Below are positions 29,414 to 37,727 of a stretch of DNA of 64,000 nt, in pieces; within the stretch, counting starts at the first letter, position 1, and every line of letters starts with the position of its first letter. Both the position numbers and the translations under genes were made by a program. Origin of the DNA: Methanobacteriota archaeon. Its GTDB lineage: Archaea; Thermoplasmatota; Poseidoniia; Poseidoniales; Thalassarchaeaceae. The DNA is taken from positions 1,229 to 65,228 of the forward strand of contig JAOMRN010000001.1 in NCBI GenBank assembly GCA_028355015.1. The letters are read 5' to 3'. The notes beneath the pieces were generated by a model. The model was not told the DNA's origin, searched no databases, and saw nothing but the letters and a program-made list of their open reading frames with translations.

Positions 29414-30535
29414 TTAAGATGTAATTTGCACCACACATTTACCTTTAGCACGACCAGAAAAAGAGCGATTGAACGCTCCTTGCCATCCTTCTTCGGTATC
29501 TTCTGAATTGAAGTTCCAAATACCGTCGAGCACCGGCTTAATTTCTCCACTTTCTAGATACCCTGCAAGTGTCGAGAGATCTTCATGACTTGGTGAAAGG
29601 AAAAGATACTCCCAGTTTGCACCCACAGACCTAGCAGATTTGAACTCCTTCCTCTTTTCTTTCCTCTTCAAGAAAAGCTTGAGTATCCAAGCAGTCCCAC
29701 CTATCCGACGTATTTCTTCAAGGGTTGGCATACCCGCAATGGTAACGATTTTTCCTCCCTCTTTGACAATCTTAGACATCTCATGACTTTCGGCTGTTGT
29801 ATCGAAACACACATCAAATTTTTCATCATTGCTCCCTCCATACACTTCATCGAATCGAGTGTTTTTGTAATTAATTACTACATCTGCTCCGAGACTTTTA
29901 CACAGATTTTCTTTCTCTCCCTTTGATGCGGTAGTGACAACAAGACCTGCTTTAAACACGTTCTTTGCTAATTGAATAGCAATTGTACCAACTCCTCCGG
30001 CTCCACCTGATATGAAGATTCGGTCACCTTCTTTGAGTCCAGAAGATTTGAGGGCCTGGAGCGCAGTCATACCAACGAGAGGAATCGATGCGGCTTCCTC
30101 AAATGTTAGATTATCAGGCTTCATCACAACATTGGCTGTATCTGCAACACAGTACTCTGCCATTGCACCTCTATACCATGGTGTTTTCTTTCCATCATTT
30201 TCGTTTCCAAAAAGACGAGCAAATACAGGTTGACCAACAGAGAATTTTCCTTCAAGGTCTGCTTCTTCAACAACTCCTGCAATATCGTAACAAATGATAT
30301 GAGGGAAGGATGCAACGGGTCGAACCATCTTCAAATCGCCCGATAGTAGTGCTTTGTCAACTGGATTGATGGAAGATGCGTGAACTTTGATTACGATATT
30401 GTTTGAGGCATCAAAACCATGAGGGTAAGCCACACTTGTTTTTTTCAATTGGGAAGGTTTACCATATTTTGAGAAACCGATTATGTTCATTGTTTTGCCA
30501 CTTGGATGTGCATTCATAATCACGGGAACGTACAT
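29414..30535 (-). CDS. NAD(P)-dependent oxidoreductase, zinc-independent MDR/quinone reductase type (start likely 30517 or 30490)
   Basis: ASSINPVD, AASIPLVGMTALQAL, GGAGGVG, GRAKGKCVV. Confidence 0.9.
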   Translation of the reverse strand: MYVPVIMNAHPSGKTMNIIGFSKYGKPSQLKKTSVAYPHGFDASNNIVIKVHASSINPVDKALLSGDLKMVRPVASFPHIICYDIAGVVEEADLEGKFSVGQPVFARLFGNENDGKKTPWYRGAMAEYCVADTANVVMKPDNLTFEEAASIPLVGMTALQALKSSGLKEGDRIFISGGAGGVGTIAIQLAKNVFKAGLVVTTASKGEKENLCKSLGADVVINYKNTRFDEVYGGSNDEKFDVCFDTTAESHEMSKIVKEGGKIVTIAGMPTLEEIRRIGGTAWILKLFLKRKEKRKEFKSARSVGANWEYLFLSPSHEDLSTLAGYLESGEIKPVLDGIWNFNSEDTEEGWQGAFNRSFSGRAKGKCVVQITS

Positions 30536-30560
30536 CTGTAAATAAATAAAAAAGTGTCAA

Positions 30561-30589
30561 TAGTGTCCTTTTGTAACAATGTTGTAACC
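30561..30589 (-). promoter_or_regulatory. Putative operator upstream of the oxidoreductase gene
   Basis: Minus strand GGTTACaacatTGTTACaaaAGGACAcTA; same layout as 31062-31088. Confidence 0.5.
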
Positions 30590-30606
30590 TGTATCCTAAT
30601 AACAAA

Positions 30607-30984
30607 ATGATACTTAGCCACCTTATGTCTCAGATACAATCACAGCGTATGCAATCAATGTGTGAATCAGCTCGAAGTCATGTTGACGACCTATTGGTTT
30701 TACTATCAAAATCGAAAATGCTCAGCATTCTTTACGTAATGAATTGTGATCCCTCTCCAATGCGTTTCTCTGAAATCAAGAAGAGAGTTGACTCATCCTC
30801 AACAACAGTTGCAAGACGATTGGCAGAACTTGAAGACAATGGGCTAGTCACCCGTACTGCCTATGCAACCGTCCCAGCTACAGTCGAATATGCACTAACC
30901 GAAGATGCGATTTCACTTCAGCCCAGTCTTGAATCGATGTTTGAATGGGTGCTCAATCGAGCAGATAATTTTGCCGAAAAATAA
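30607..30984 (+). CDS. HxlR/DUF24-family winged-helix regulator
   Basis: PMRFSEIK..SSTTVARRLAELEDNGLVTR...VPATVEYALT; divergent from the oxidoreductase. Confidence 0.9.
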   Translation: MILSHLMSQIQSQRMQSMCESARSHVDDLLVLLSKSKMLSILYVMNCDPSPMRFSEIKKRVDSSSTTVARRLAELEDNGLVTRTAYATVPATVEYALTEDAISLQPSLESMFEWVLNRADNFAEK

Positions 30985-31061
30985 ACACATACCACGAAAC
31001 TAGTTATTTCCATGAAATTGTAATATTTTTCTAGAATGTGTCTTTATGATAAAATTTTGAT

Positions 31062-31122
31062 GGTTACGGGCATGTTACTAGGACAGTAACGAGTCTGTTA
31101 CTATCAAAACGGTTCTTTATAT
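31062..31122 (+). promoter_or_regulatory. Putative operator array plus TATA box of the fasciclin-HxlR gene
   Basis: GTTAC/GTAAC at 31063, 31074, 31086, 31097; palindrome GTTACT-N5-AGTAAC (31074-31090); TTTATAT at 31116-31122, about 25 nt before the ATG. Confidence 0.55.
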
Positions 31123-31146
31123 GTAGTAAGTAGATGGAATTAGTAT

Positions 31147-33432
31147 ATGTCTCGGTTGAGAGTACTATTAATCTGCTTAATGATGATGGCCATTCCTGCA
31201 TCCCAGGTATCTGCTGATGTTGATGAAACGAATTCAAGTCCAGAGGTAACTATTGGGTTTGGCAATGTTACCAATGACACCATGGTATTCACCATGGATA
31301 CCTCTGTAGATGTGTATGTATACCAAGTAACATTGGCTTGGGAGAATGGTGCTGTTTATTGTGGCATCTCAGCATCCGGTGGACTCTCTGAAGAATATAA
31401 CTTGTATGTCAGCGTCCTTTATGCTGGGTGTTTGACAACAGGATACTATTATGGCGCTCAGGGAGGTGCCTGGATCCCCTCAGGTAGTAATGATACTCTC
31501 ACATCTATTTTGTATCAATCCAACAGCCCTGAGGTATGCATCGGGAATGCGACCTATACAGTCATGTTACCCGATGGGGAGTTCGAAACTCGACAAGCAG
31601 ACTTTGATCCCAATGATTGTCTGAGTTATACTATGTATGAAAGAGAATGGCCGTATGATCTATGGTATGTACTTGATGAAGACGGCAATGATGAAGGCGA
31701 CAATGAATCTGAGGCAGAGGAAATTATTGATGACAGTCTTTATCAGTTCAATGAAGATTTGACTGTATTAGAAAATTTGGAAAGTTTTGATGATTTTTCC
31801 ACTCTCATAGAGGCACTCAACATAACAGGATTAACTGATAATTTCAGTTCAAATAATACACCTCAGATGGGGTGGTCAATCTTTGCCCCCACTAATGATG
31901 CTTTTGCTTCTGCAGGCATAGATTTAGATGATTTTGATAGTTCAGAAGAAATAGAATTTTTGACTGAAATCTTACTCTATCATGTTACTTTCGCAGGACC
32001 ATATGCTATGAACTCAAGTATGGCCTACAACAGCTCGAGCGGCGAGTATGAGCCATACTGCCAGCCTTACACTGCTGACTGGATGCCGATGCTAAATGGA
32101 GAATATGCTGATCCATTCGATTACAGCTCTTGGACTGAGACTGTAACAATTTCGAATGACTGCCAGGGAAATCTTACAGTCAACCAGGCCTATATCATTG
32201 ATGCAGATAATCGAGTCTATGGTTATGAATACAACGGGGTCGATGGCTACCCTTTCAACAATCAACTTCCACATGGCTGGGAAATTGCTGAGGATAATGG
32301 GATGATTCAGGTAATCGATCAAGTTCTATTTCCGGCAAGCTTCAATTCTACACCACCGAATAATGATCAGCCAAGATTCAATCCTAGATTTGATATTCCG
32401 TCCAACCTAGAGAATGATGGAGAGTTTGGAGACTTAATGGATGCATTGGGAATGACTATGTTGATGGACGACATTACTATCGAGAATAGCCCTCAGATGG
32501 GAATGACGATATTCGCTCCAACAGATGAGGCATTTGCTGCGGCTGGAATTAATCTTGACGATTATGATAGTCTCCAGAAACTCGAAGGTTTGTCTGAAAT
32601 CCTTCTTAATCATATCTCATTTGACTGGGTATTATCATTCCCTGATGAATGTACGCCCACAGAGTTTGACATGGAAACTACAGATTCATTTTCGGTAACC
32701 ATTTCAAATGATTGTGAAGGTAATATCTTCGTCAATGAAGCAAAAGTTCTCTATTCCCAAGGAGTAGAAAATGGGGTTATTATCGTCATCGATCAAATAC
32801 TGATGCCGATAGAAGAAGAACCTGTAGAGGAGCCTGTCGAAGAACCTGTAGAGGAGCCTGTCGAAGAACCTGTAGAGGAGCCTGTCGAAGAACCAGTAGA
32901 GGAGCCTGTGGAAGAACCAGTAGATACAACCATAGAAACTCCAGTCGATGATATTCCTTTGCAGGATGATGATTCCAAAGTTGATGGCAGCGGACCTTCA
33001 GTTATTTTAGGTCAAAGCAGTACATTCTTTGGAGCGATGATATTGTTCACCATGGTATTGGTTCTAGTCGGTACAGCTGCGGTAAGATCTCCCAAGTCAC
33101 GATTAGATTCCGTAATAATGGAAAATGAAGTTGAAGCAGATGAATTATTGTCACTTCTTTCTAGATCAAAAATGGTTCAAATTATTCATGCATTGCATTC
33201 AGAAGAAAATCCAATTAGATTTACAGAATTAAAAAATAGAGTTGATACCTCCTCTACCACACTAACAAGAAGATTGGGCGAATTAGAGGACCATAATTTA
33301 GTAGAAAGAATTGATTATGAGACCGTTCCTCCCACTGTTGTGTATAAATTGACTGATTCCGGAACATCTCTTCTTCCTAGTTTAGAGACATTTTTTGAAT
33401 GGGTTCTAAATGATACAAATGAAACTGAGTAA
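31147..33432 (+). CDS. Signal peptide + 2x fasciclin (FAS1) + EEPV linker + TM + cytoplasmic HxlR domain
   Basis: WSIFAPTNDAF/NGMIQVIDQVL and MTIFAPTDEAF/NGVIIVIDQIL; TM FFGAMILFTMVLVLVGTAAV; C-terminal PIRFTELK...LTRRLGELE...VPPTVVYKLT. Confidence 0.88.
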   Translation: MSRLRVLLICLMMMAIPASQVSADVDETNSSPEVTIGFGNVTNDTMVFTMDTSVDVYVYQVTLAWENGAVYCGISASGGLSEEYNLYVSVLYAGCLTTGYYYGAQGGAWIPSGSNDTLTSILYQSNSPEVCIGNATYTVMLPDGEFETRQADFDPNDCLSYTMYEREWPYDLWYVLDEDGNDEGDNESEAEEIIDDSLYQFNEDLTVLENLESFDDFSTLIEALNITGLTDNFSSNNTPQMGWSIFAPTNDAFASAGIDLDDFDSSEEIEFLTEILLYHVTFAGPYAMNSSMAYNSSSGEYEPYCQPYTADWMPMLNGEYADPFDYSSWTETVTISNDCQGNLTVNQAYIIDADNRVYGYEYNGVDGYPFNNQLPHGWEIAEDNGMIQVIDQVLFPASFNSTPPNNDQPRFNPRFDIPSNLENDGEFGDLMDALGMTMLMDDITIENSPQMGMTIFAPTDEAFAAAGINLDDYDSLQKLEGLSEILLNHISFDWVLSFPDECTPTEFDMETTDSFSVTISNDCEGNIFVNEAKVLYSQGVENGVIIVIDQILMPIEEEPVEEPVEEPVEEPVEEPVEEPVEEPVEEPVEEPVDTTIETPVDDIPLQDDDSKVDGSGPSVILGQSSTFFGAMILFTMVLVLVGTAAVRSPKSRLDSVIMENEVEADELLSLLSRSKMVQIIHALHSEENPIRFTELKNRVDTSSTTLTRRLGELEDHNLVERIDYETVPPTVVYKLTDSGTSLLPSLETFFEWVLNDTNETE
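32815..32922 (+). repeat. In-frame tandem repeat, 9 x 12 nt encoding (EEPV)9
   Basis: Alternating GAAGAACCWGTA and GAGGAGCCTGTS units, giving a 24-nt super-period. Confidence 0.95.
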
Positions 33433-33452
33433 TGTCATTGTTTCACCCCTGA

Positions 33453-33474
33453 AAGCAGAGTTAGTAACTGCTTT
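33453..33474 (+). terminator. Hairpin downstream of the fasciclin-HxlR gene
   Basis: AAAGCAG/CTGCTTT stem followed by a T-rich tract; boundaries approximate. Confidence 0.35.
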
Positions 33475-33564
33475 ACAGTACCATTTTTACCTTCACGAAT
33501 ATCCTCCAGGCACTGTCGCGACAACTCCCTCAGGAGCACGAACGCCTCATCCGATACCGGACTT

Positions 33565-33590
33565 CGGTTCAAGTCCGGGAGCGCGGACCA
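33565..33590 (+). repeat. att-like direct repeat of the tRNA-Tyr 3' end
   Basis: CGGTTCAAGTCCGGGAGCGCGGACCA, identical to 29366-29391. Confidence 0.95.
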
Positions 33591-33872
33591 AAAAATATAA
33601 ACTAAGAAAATTAAATTTCAAAATTGTGCGAGAAGATACAAGTATATTTAAATCAAAAATACAAAAGTAAACAGGCATTCATTAATGAATCATTACGACG
33701 TATAATAATGCACGCAGGACACATACTAACAATACTAATTGGCTCCTACGCATCTTTCGCTATTACAGTGATGAGTGTTACGCCATTATTAGGTTGAACA
33801 GCTAAAACTCAGTAATTCCCATCTTACCTCGAGGAATGACTTCAATAGCCTTCGATTACACAGTATAACTTC

Positions 33873-34058
33873 ATGACCGAAAACACGTGTGAGCATGAGT
33901 GGGATAAGAGCGAAGATATAGATCAATTTCTTGACCTGGTAGACTTGAACCCGCAGTTTGTACAAATCAAAGTTAGGTGCTGCAAGTGCGGGAAAACGGG
34001 ATTGACTGACGCTGATACGACTTGGAAGCCAGTATATTGGGATTTTATTGACCCATGA
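33873..34058 (+). CDS. Small Cys-rich hypothetical protein
   Basis: CEHEW...CCKCG putative zinc ligands. Confidence 0.5.
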   Translation: MTENTCEHEWDKSEDIDQFLDLVDLNPQFVQIKVRCCKCGKTGLTDADTTWKPVYWDFIDP

Positions 34059-34120
34059 GACCGTACAAATGCGAAAGGATTAACAATAATTATTTATATG
34101 AACATACAGAGATGAATTAG

Positions 34121-34489
34121 ATGAATGAAGATTTACAAAAAGAATTGATTTGGGCATTTGGTACATTAGTCGTTTTCATCATCTTTTTATTATTAGGAGG
34201 CATAAATGAAGTCAGTGGAATAGCAATTTCAGTAGGTGCTTTTCTATTAAGTTGGTCTGTAATGAGTTTTTCCCTCAAGAAATACGCCCCTAATAATGAC
34301 TCAGGGAAAGAACTAGAAAACGAAATGAAATGGTTTGCTGCTATCTTGATATTATTTCTTACTATAATGACTATCATCGGGAAAACTGATAGTGAGTTAG
34401 AATTATCATATTCATTATACGCCATTTTAGTATTTGGCTATACTTTGATTTGGATTATTCGCAGTTCTGCTATCAAATATTTCAATTAA
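34121..34489 (+). CDS. Hypothetical 4-TM membrane protein
   Basis: Four hydrophobic helices; TTTATATG TATA-like box upstream. Confidence 0.6.
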   Translation: MNEDLQKELIWAFGTLVVFIIFLLLGGINEVSGIAISVGAFLLSWSVMSFSLKKYAPNNDSGKELENEMKWFAAILILFLTIMTIIGKTDSELELSYSLYAILVFGYTLIWIIRSSAIKYFN

Positions 34490-34500
34490 TTATTGGAGCA

Positions 34501-34613
34501 ATGGGTAGGCATTGAAAGGGCCCATAGATAGCCGATAAGTTCACTCAAAACATATCAATGGGCTCAAGTAGAAACCCATTGATTCGTCTGTTAATCGATT
34601 ATGCTAAGCACAG
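34501..34613 (+). repeat. Island repeat, copy 1 (~113 bp)
   Basis: 79/113 ungapped identity to 35625-35737 by manual count; internal dyads. Confidence 0.85.
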
Positions 34614-34651
34614 TTTTTCGAATTTGCGGTTAGATACAATGTTAGTAAAAA

Positions 34652-35542
34652 TCATTTTTCGAACCACCAATCTCCTTCATTATTAGATGGGTAGTTACTG
34701 GGTAAGTTTTTCCAACTCTTATATCCGACTAGGTATACTTTCATTTCCGTCTCCACTCTGGTTATCCCACTCTCATCAAAGACCATACCATATATTGTTG
34801 AGGATTTCATATGACCAGTTTTTCCAAAGGTGCTCTCAGGATTTGCCCTAGCATATTCTCTTGCTTGATGTTCCTTAATTCCTTTATCGAGACAATAATT
34901 GACATAGATTTCTAATCGTTCTGCTTCATCAATATAACTAATATAACCATGCAAACGCCCATCTACGATTTCAGCTTGAAAAATATTTTCAACAGGCTTC
35001 TTATCTATTTTGATGTGGTTATATTTTGGGTCAATAGACATTATTTTCTGATTATAGGAAATAATATGCTCAATCTCGAATAATTCAGGTAAAATCGATT
35101 TCAATGATTCTTTCCAATTCGGAGTGAATCTTTTCATGAAGTTTGGATATGAATCATAATCACCAATTTCATAATCAACCGTTTTAATTATTGTTTGATT
35201 ATTTTCCTTTATTTCCATCAATCTGTAGCTATTACCATCAGGATTTACAGGTTTATATGTCGTATAGAATAAATCACTAATTGGTATTTTTCTATATTTA
35301 ATATTGATTTTTTTCGTGAATTCTTGTCCAAAAATTATGTGATCTGAGGAATCAATTCGAATTATATATTTTCTATGGAATAAGAATAGACTCATTGGGA
35401 AAGCCCCTAAGAAAATAGCAATAACAATACCAAATGTTAAATCATCAGGAATTACGTATAGTCCGATGAATATGAAGAAACCAAAAACAATAGGTAAACC
35501 CTGATAATCGAATACTGGGAATATGATTTTCTTCTCCTCCAT
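34652..35542 (-). CDS. Hypothetical protein with two N-terminal TM helices
   Basis: 296-aa ORF flanked by repeat copies 1 and 2. Confidence 0.6.
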   Translation of the reverse strand: MEEKKIIFPVFDYQGLPIVFGFFIFIGLYVIPDDLTFGIVIAIFLGAFPMSLFLFHRKYIIRIDSSDHIIFGQEFTKKINIKYRKIPISDLFYTTYKPVNPDGNSYRLMEIKENNQTIIKTVDYEIGDYDSYPNFMKRFTPNWKESLKSILPELFEIEHIISYNQKIMSIDPKYNHIKIDKKPVENIFQAEIVDGRLHGYISYIDEAERLEIYVNYCLDKGIKEHQAREYARANPESTFGKTGHMKSSTIYGMVFDESGITRVETEMKVYLVGYKSWKNLPSNYPSNNEGDWWFEK

Positions 35543-35624
35543 ATTACTACCTAAACTTTCGACATATGATAGACCTTTAGGTCTGTTCCCCGATAATTAG
35601 AGGAGGGATACCGCCTAACATCGG

Positions 35625-35825
35625 ATGGTTAGGCTCTGAAAGGGCCCACTGAAAGCCCAATAATTCGCCGATTGCAATCGGATGGGTCTAAGCAGAAACC
35701 CTCAGATTTGTCTATTAATCGATTATACTATGCTCTGATTCTCTAATTGAACGCCAGCCTATGAAAGAGAATACAGATTACCTAATAATTCTTCAATTAC
35801 TATCGGATGGGGCTAAGTAGTAACC
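35625..35825 (+). repeat. Island repeat, copy 2 (35625-35737) and partial tandem copy 3 (~35757-35825)
   Basis: 35656-35700 vs 35781-35825 match at 36/45 positions; 125-bp period. Confidence 0.8.
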
Positions 35826-35898
35826 GTATAATTACTAACAACAAATACCTTATTTTAGCGGACCATAATTTTACAACGTTACTACTATTTTAATCTAT

Positions 35899-37089
35899 TT
35901 GAGCACTGAGCCCAAAACTATATGCCGCTTGAAAACTAAGTATATAGTTATGAGTGAGTTGAAAAATCGCGATAAAGAAAAACAAGAAAATGAAACTGTA
36001 TCAGTCTGGTTTAGAGCACAGAATGCTTTGAAAAATGAAGGTAATTTTAGCCGGATTCCGGGAACTCCTTCATATTCTGAATCTAGAAATAAAATATATG
36101 GAAGAAGAAGTGCGAGAACAATATTTAACAATCTTAGAACTGATAAAAAACTTTACAGGAATCATATTTTATCATATAGTGTCCATGGTCGAGAACATGA
36201 TTTATTGAGTGAGAGTGCAATAAATGACGAAGTTGATTCACGAACTGATATCCTTTTTCTTAGAATGAGGACTCCTGGACTTGATGAAATCTGCTGGAAC
36301 TGGAGTCAGGAGCTGCTATCGCATAGAGATTATCTACGATCAGCCGGTATTGATTTACCAATCGAAAATGATAATAGGAAAATCACACAAATTGAAATGA
36401 TTATAAGAAGTGGTTACTTACATAAAATATGGCATAATTCATTGTATGCTATGAGTGAACTAGGAATGGAAATTCCAAACTGGTGTAAAATTCTTCCTTA
36501 CAATCCATTAGTAAATGCATTTCATGGCACAAACCGAGATGATCAAGACATAGGTGAAAGATTATTATCAATTTTAGAAGAAAAATATCCAGAGTTACAT
36601 GCTGAATTAATCGCATCAAATCCGTTCCGTTCACCAAGAATTGGTTTTCAAAATGGGAAAGGAAATGTAGGGGGAACTAAGTGGCCCTCTATTTCTGATA
36701 TTATTTCAAGATTAGAATCAGGAGAATCTGTCGATCAGGATTGGGAAAATAAATTTCTAGAAGAACTGATTTATGATTATGATGAAGAAGAAGATGACTT
36801 CCCATATGAAAGCACAGAGGATCTTTATCGTTCATTGAAAGTCACTAACCTGAGAAGATGGGCAGATGCTGATGAGATAACTGGTGCTTGGTCTATGAAT
36901 CGTGAGAAATTAATTTCGGCTTGGGCTACTAGAACTGAAAAGATGGAGAGTGCTTATAGAAGACAAGGGGGGGCATACCCTAGAGTACCAAGGCTAACCG
37001 ATTGGACTATTTTTATTATGGAGAATGTAAATTTTTTCAAATTAGATGATGAGTTAATTTTAAGCCCGAAGATGCAAAGGAGTGAATAA
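35899..37089 (+). CDS. Hypothetical protein (start probably ATG 35950)
   Basis: Long ORF; no motif recognised. Confidence 0.6.
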   Translation: MSTEPKTICRLKTKYIVMSELKNRDKEKQENETVSVWFRAQNALKNEGNFSRIPGTPSYSESRNKIYGRRSARTIFNNLRTDKKLYRNHILSYSVHGREHDLLSESAINDEVDSRTDILFLRMRTPGLDEICWNWSQELLSHRDYLRSAGIDLPIENDNRKITQIEMIIRSGYLHKIWHNSLYAMSELGMEIPNWCKILPYNPLVNAFHGTNRDDQDIGERLLSILEEKYPELHAELIASNPFRSPRIGFQNGKGNVGGTKWPSISDIISRLESGESVDQDWENKFLEELIYDYDEEEDDFPYESTEDLYRSLKVTNLRRWADADEITGAWSMNREKLISAWATRTEKMESAYRRQGGAYPRVPRLTDWTIFIMENVNFFKLDDELILSPKMQRSE

Positions 37090-37591
37090 TATGAAATGTG
37101 ACGATTGCAAAGTAGATTTAATCTCAACAGATATGATTGCGGAAACTACCACTTACTATGAAGGCTACTTACGCTCAAGATTGCTTATACCTAATGAACT
37201 ACTTAATGAGGAGTTAAAAGAGTTAGGAAAACTAGAAGCAGAACTAATTTGGTCTGAATATAATAGCTCTCGGAGTAGATATATGGAGCATTTGGATGGA
37301 GGGTCATGGGATGGACGACCTGAATACCTCGATTTGATAAATCAAATCAAAGATATACATGTAGACATTATTGCTAAGGTATGCCCTAAATGCGGCAAAG
37401 TAAAGATCGTAGCCGATTTAATGAGTAGGAAAAAAATATTCACTAGTTTGGAAAAAATGGTAAAAACCCTCGTAATGAAACGTAAAAAATTAAACAAAGC
37501 CGAAGAGTTCGAAAAGAAGGAAAAAGCAAAAAAAGATAGGGAAATTGCTAAACTAAAAAAACAGATTGAGAAATTGGGCGGTGACTCATAG
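37082..37591 (+). CDS. Hypothetical protein with split zinc ligands and C-terminal coiled coil
   Basis: CDDC ... CPKCG; lysine-rich helical tail; overlaps the upstream ORF. Confidence 0.6.
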   Translation: MNNMKCDDCKVDLISTDMIAETTTYYEGYLRSRLLIPNELLNEELKELGKLEAELIWSEYNSSRSRYMEHLDGGSWDGRPEYLDLINQIKDIHVDIIAKVCPKCGKVKIVADLMSRKKIFTSLEKMVKTLVMKRKKLNKAEEFEKKEKAKKDREIAKLKKQIEKLGGDS

Positions 37592-37727
37592 GCCGGCGTT
37601 CCTTTCAACCAATCGCATGGGCACCCCATCCATCCGTATACGAAGCAAAGGGTACCCTATGGTATGATATGCACCATAGGGGTATCATAGGGATAACCAT
37701 AAGTATCAATAGCAAGACCATATATTT

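Noticed and set aside
29107..29550. ORFs 29107-29310, 29192-29506 and 29299-29550
   Set aside because: They overlap the tRNA-Tyr gene; shadow frames
32793..32978. (STGS)n ORF on the minus strand, or a CRISPR-like array
   Set aside because: Antisense of the EEPV coding repeat; no spacers
33541..33590. Possible second tRNA gene
   Set aside because: Only the T-arm and acceptor 3' half are present; no D or anticodon arm
33410..33670. 86-aa ORF containing FGSSPGART
   Set aside because: Read-through of the att repeat and a hairpin; no protein features
34501..35825. Island repeats as a CRISPR array or classical integron attC sites
   Set aside because: Too long, diverged and irregular for CRISPR; no cas or IntI gene; no clear RYYYAAC/GTTRRRY ends
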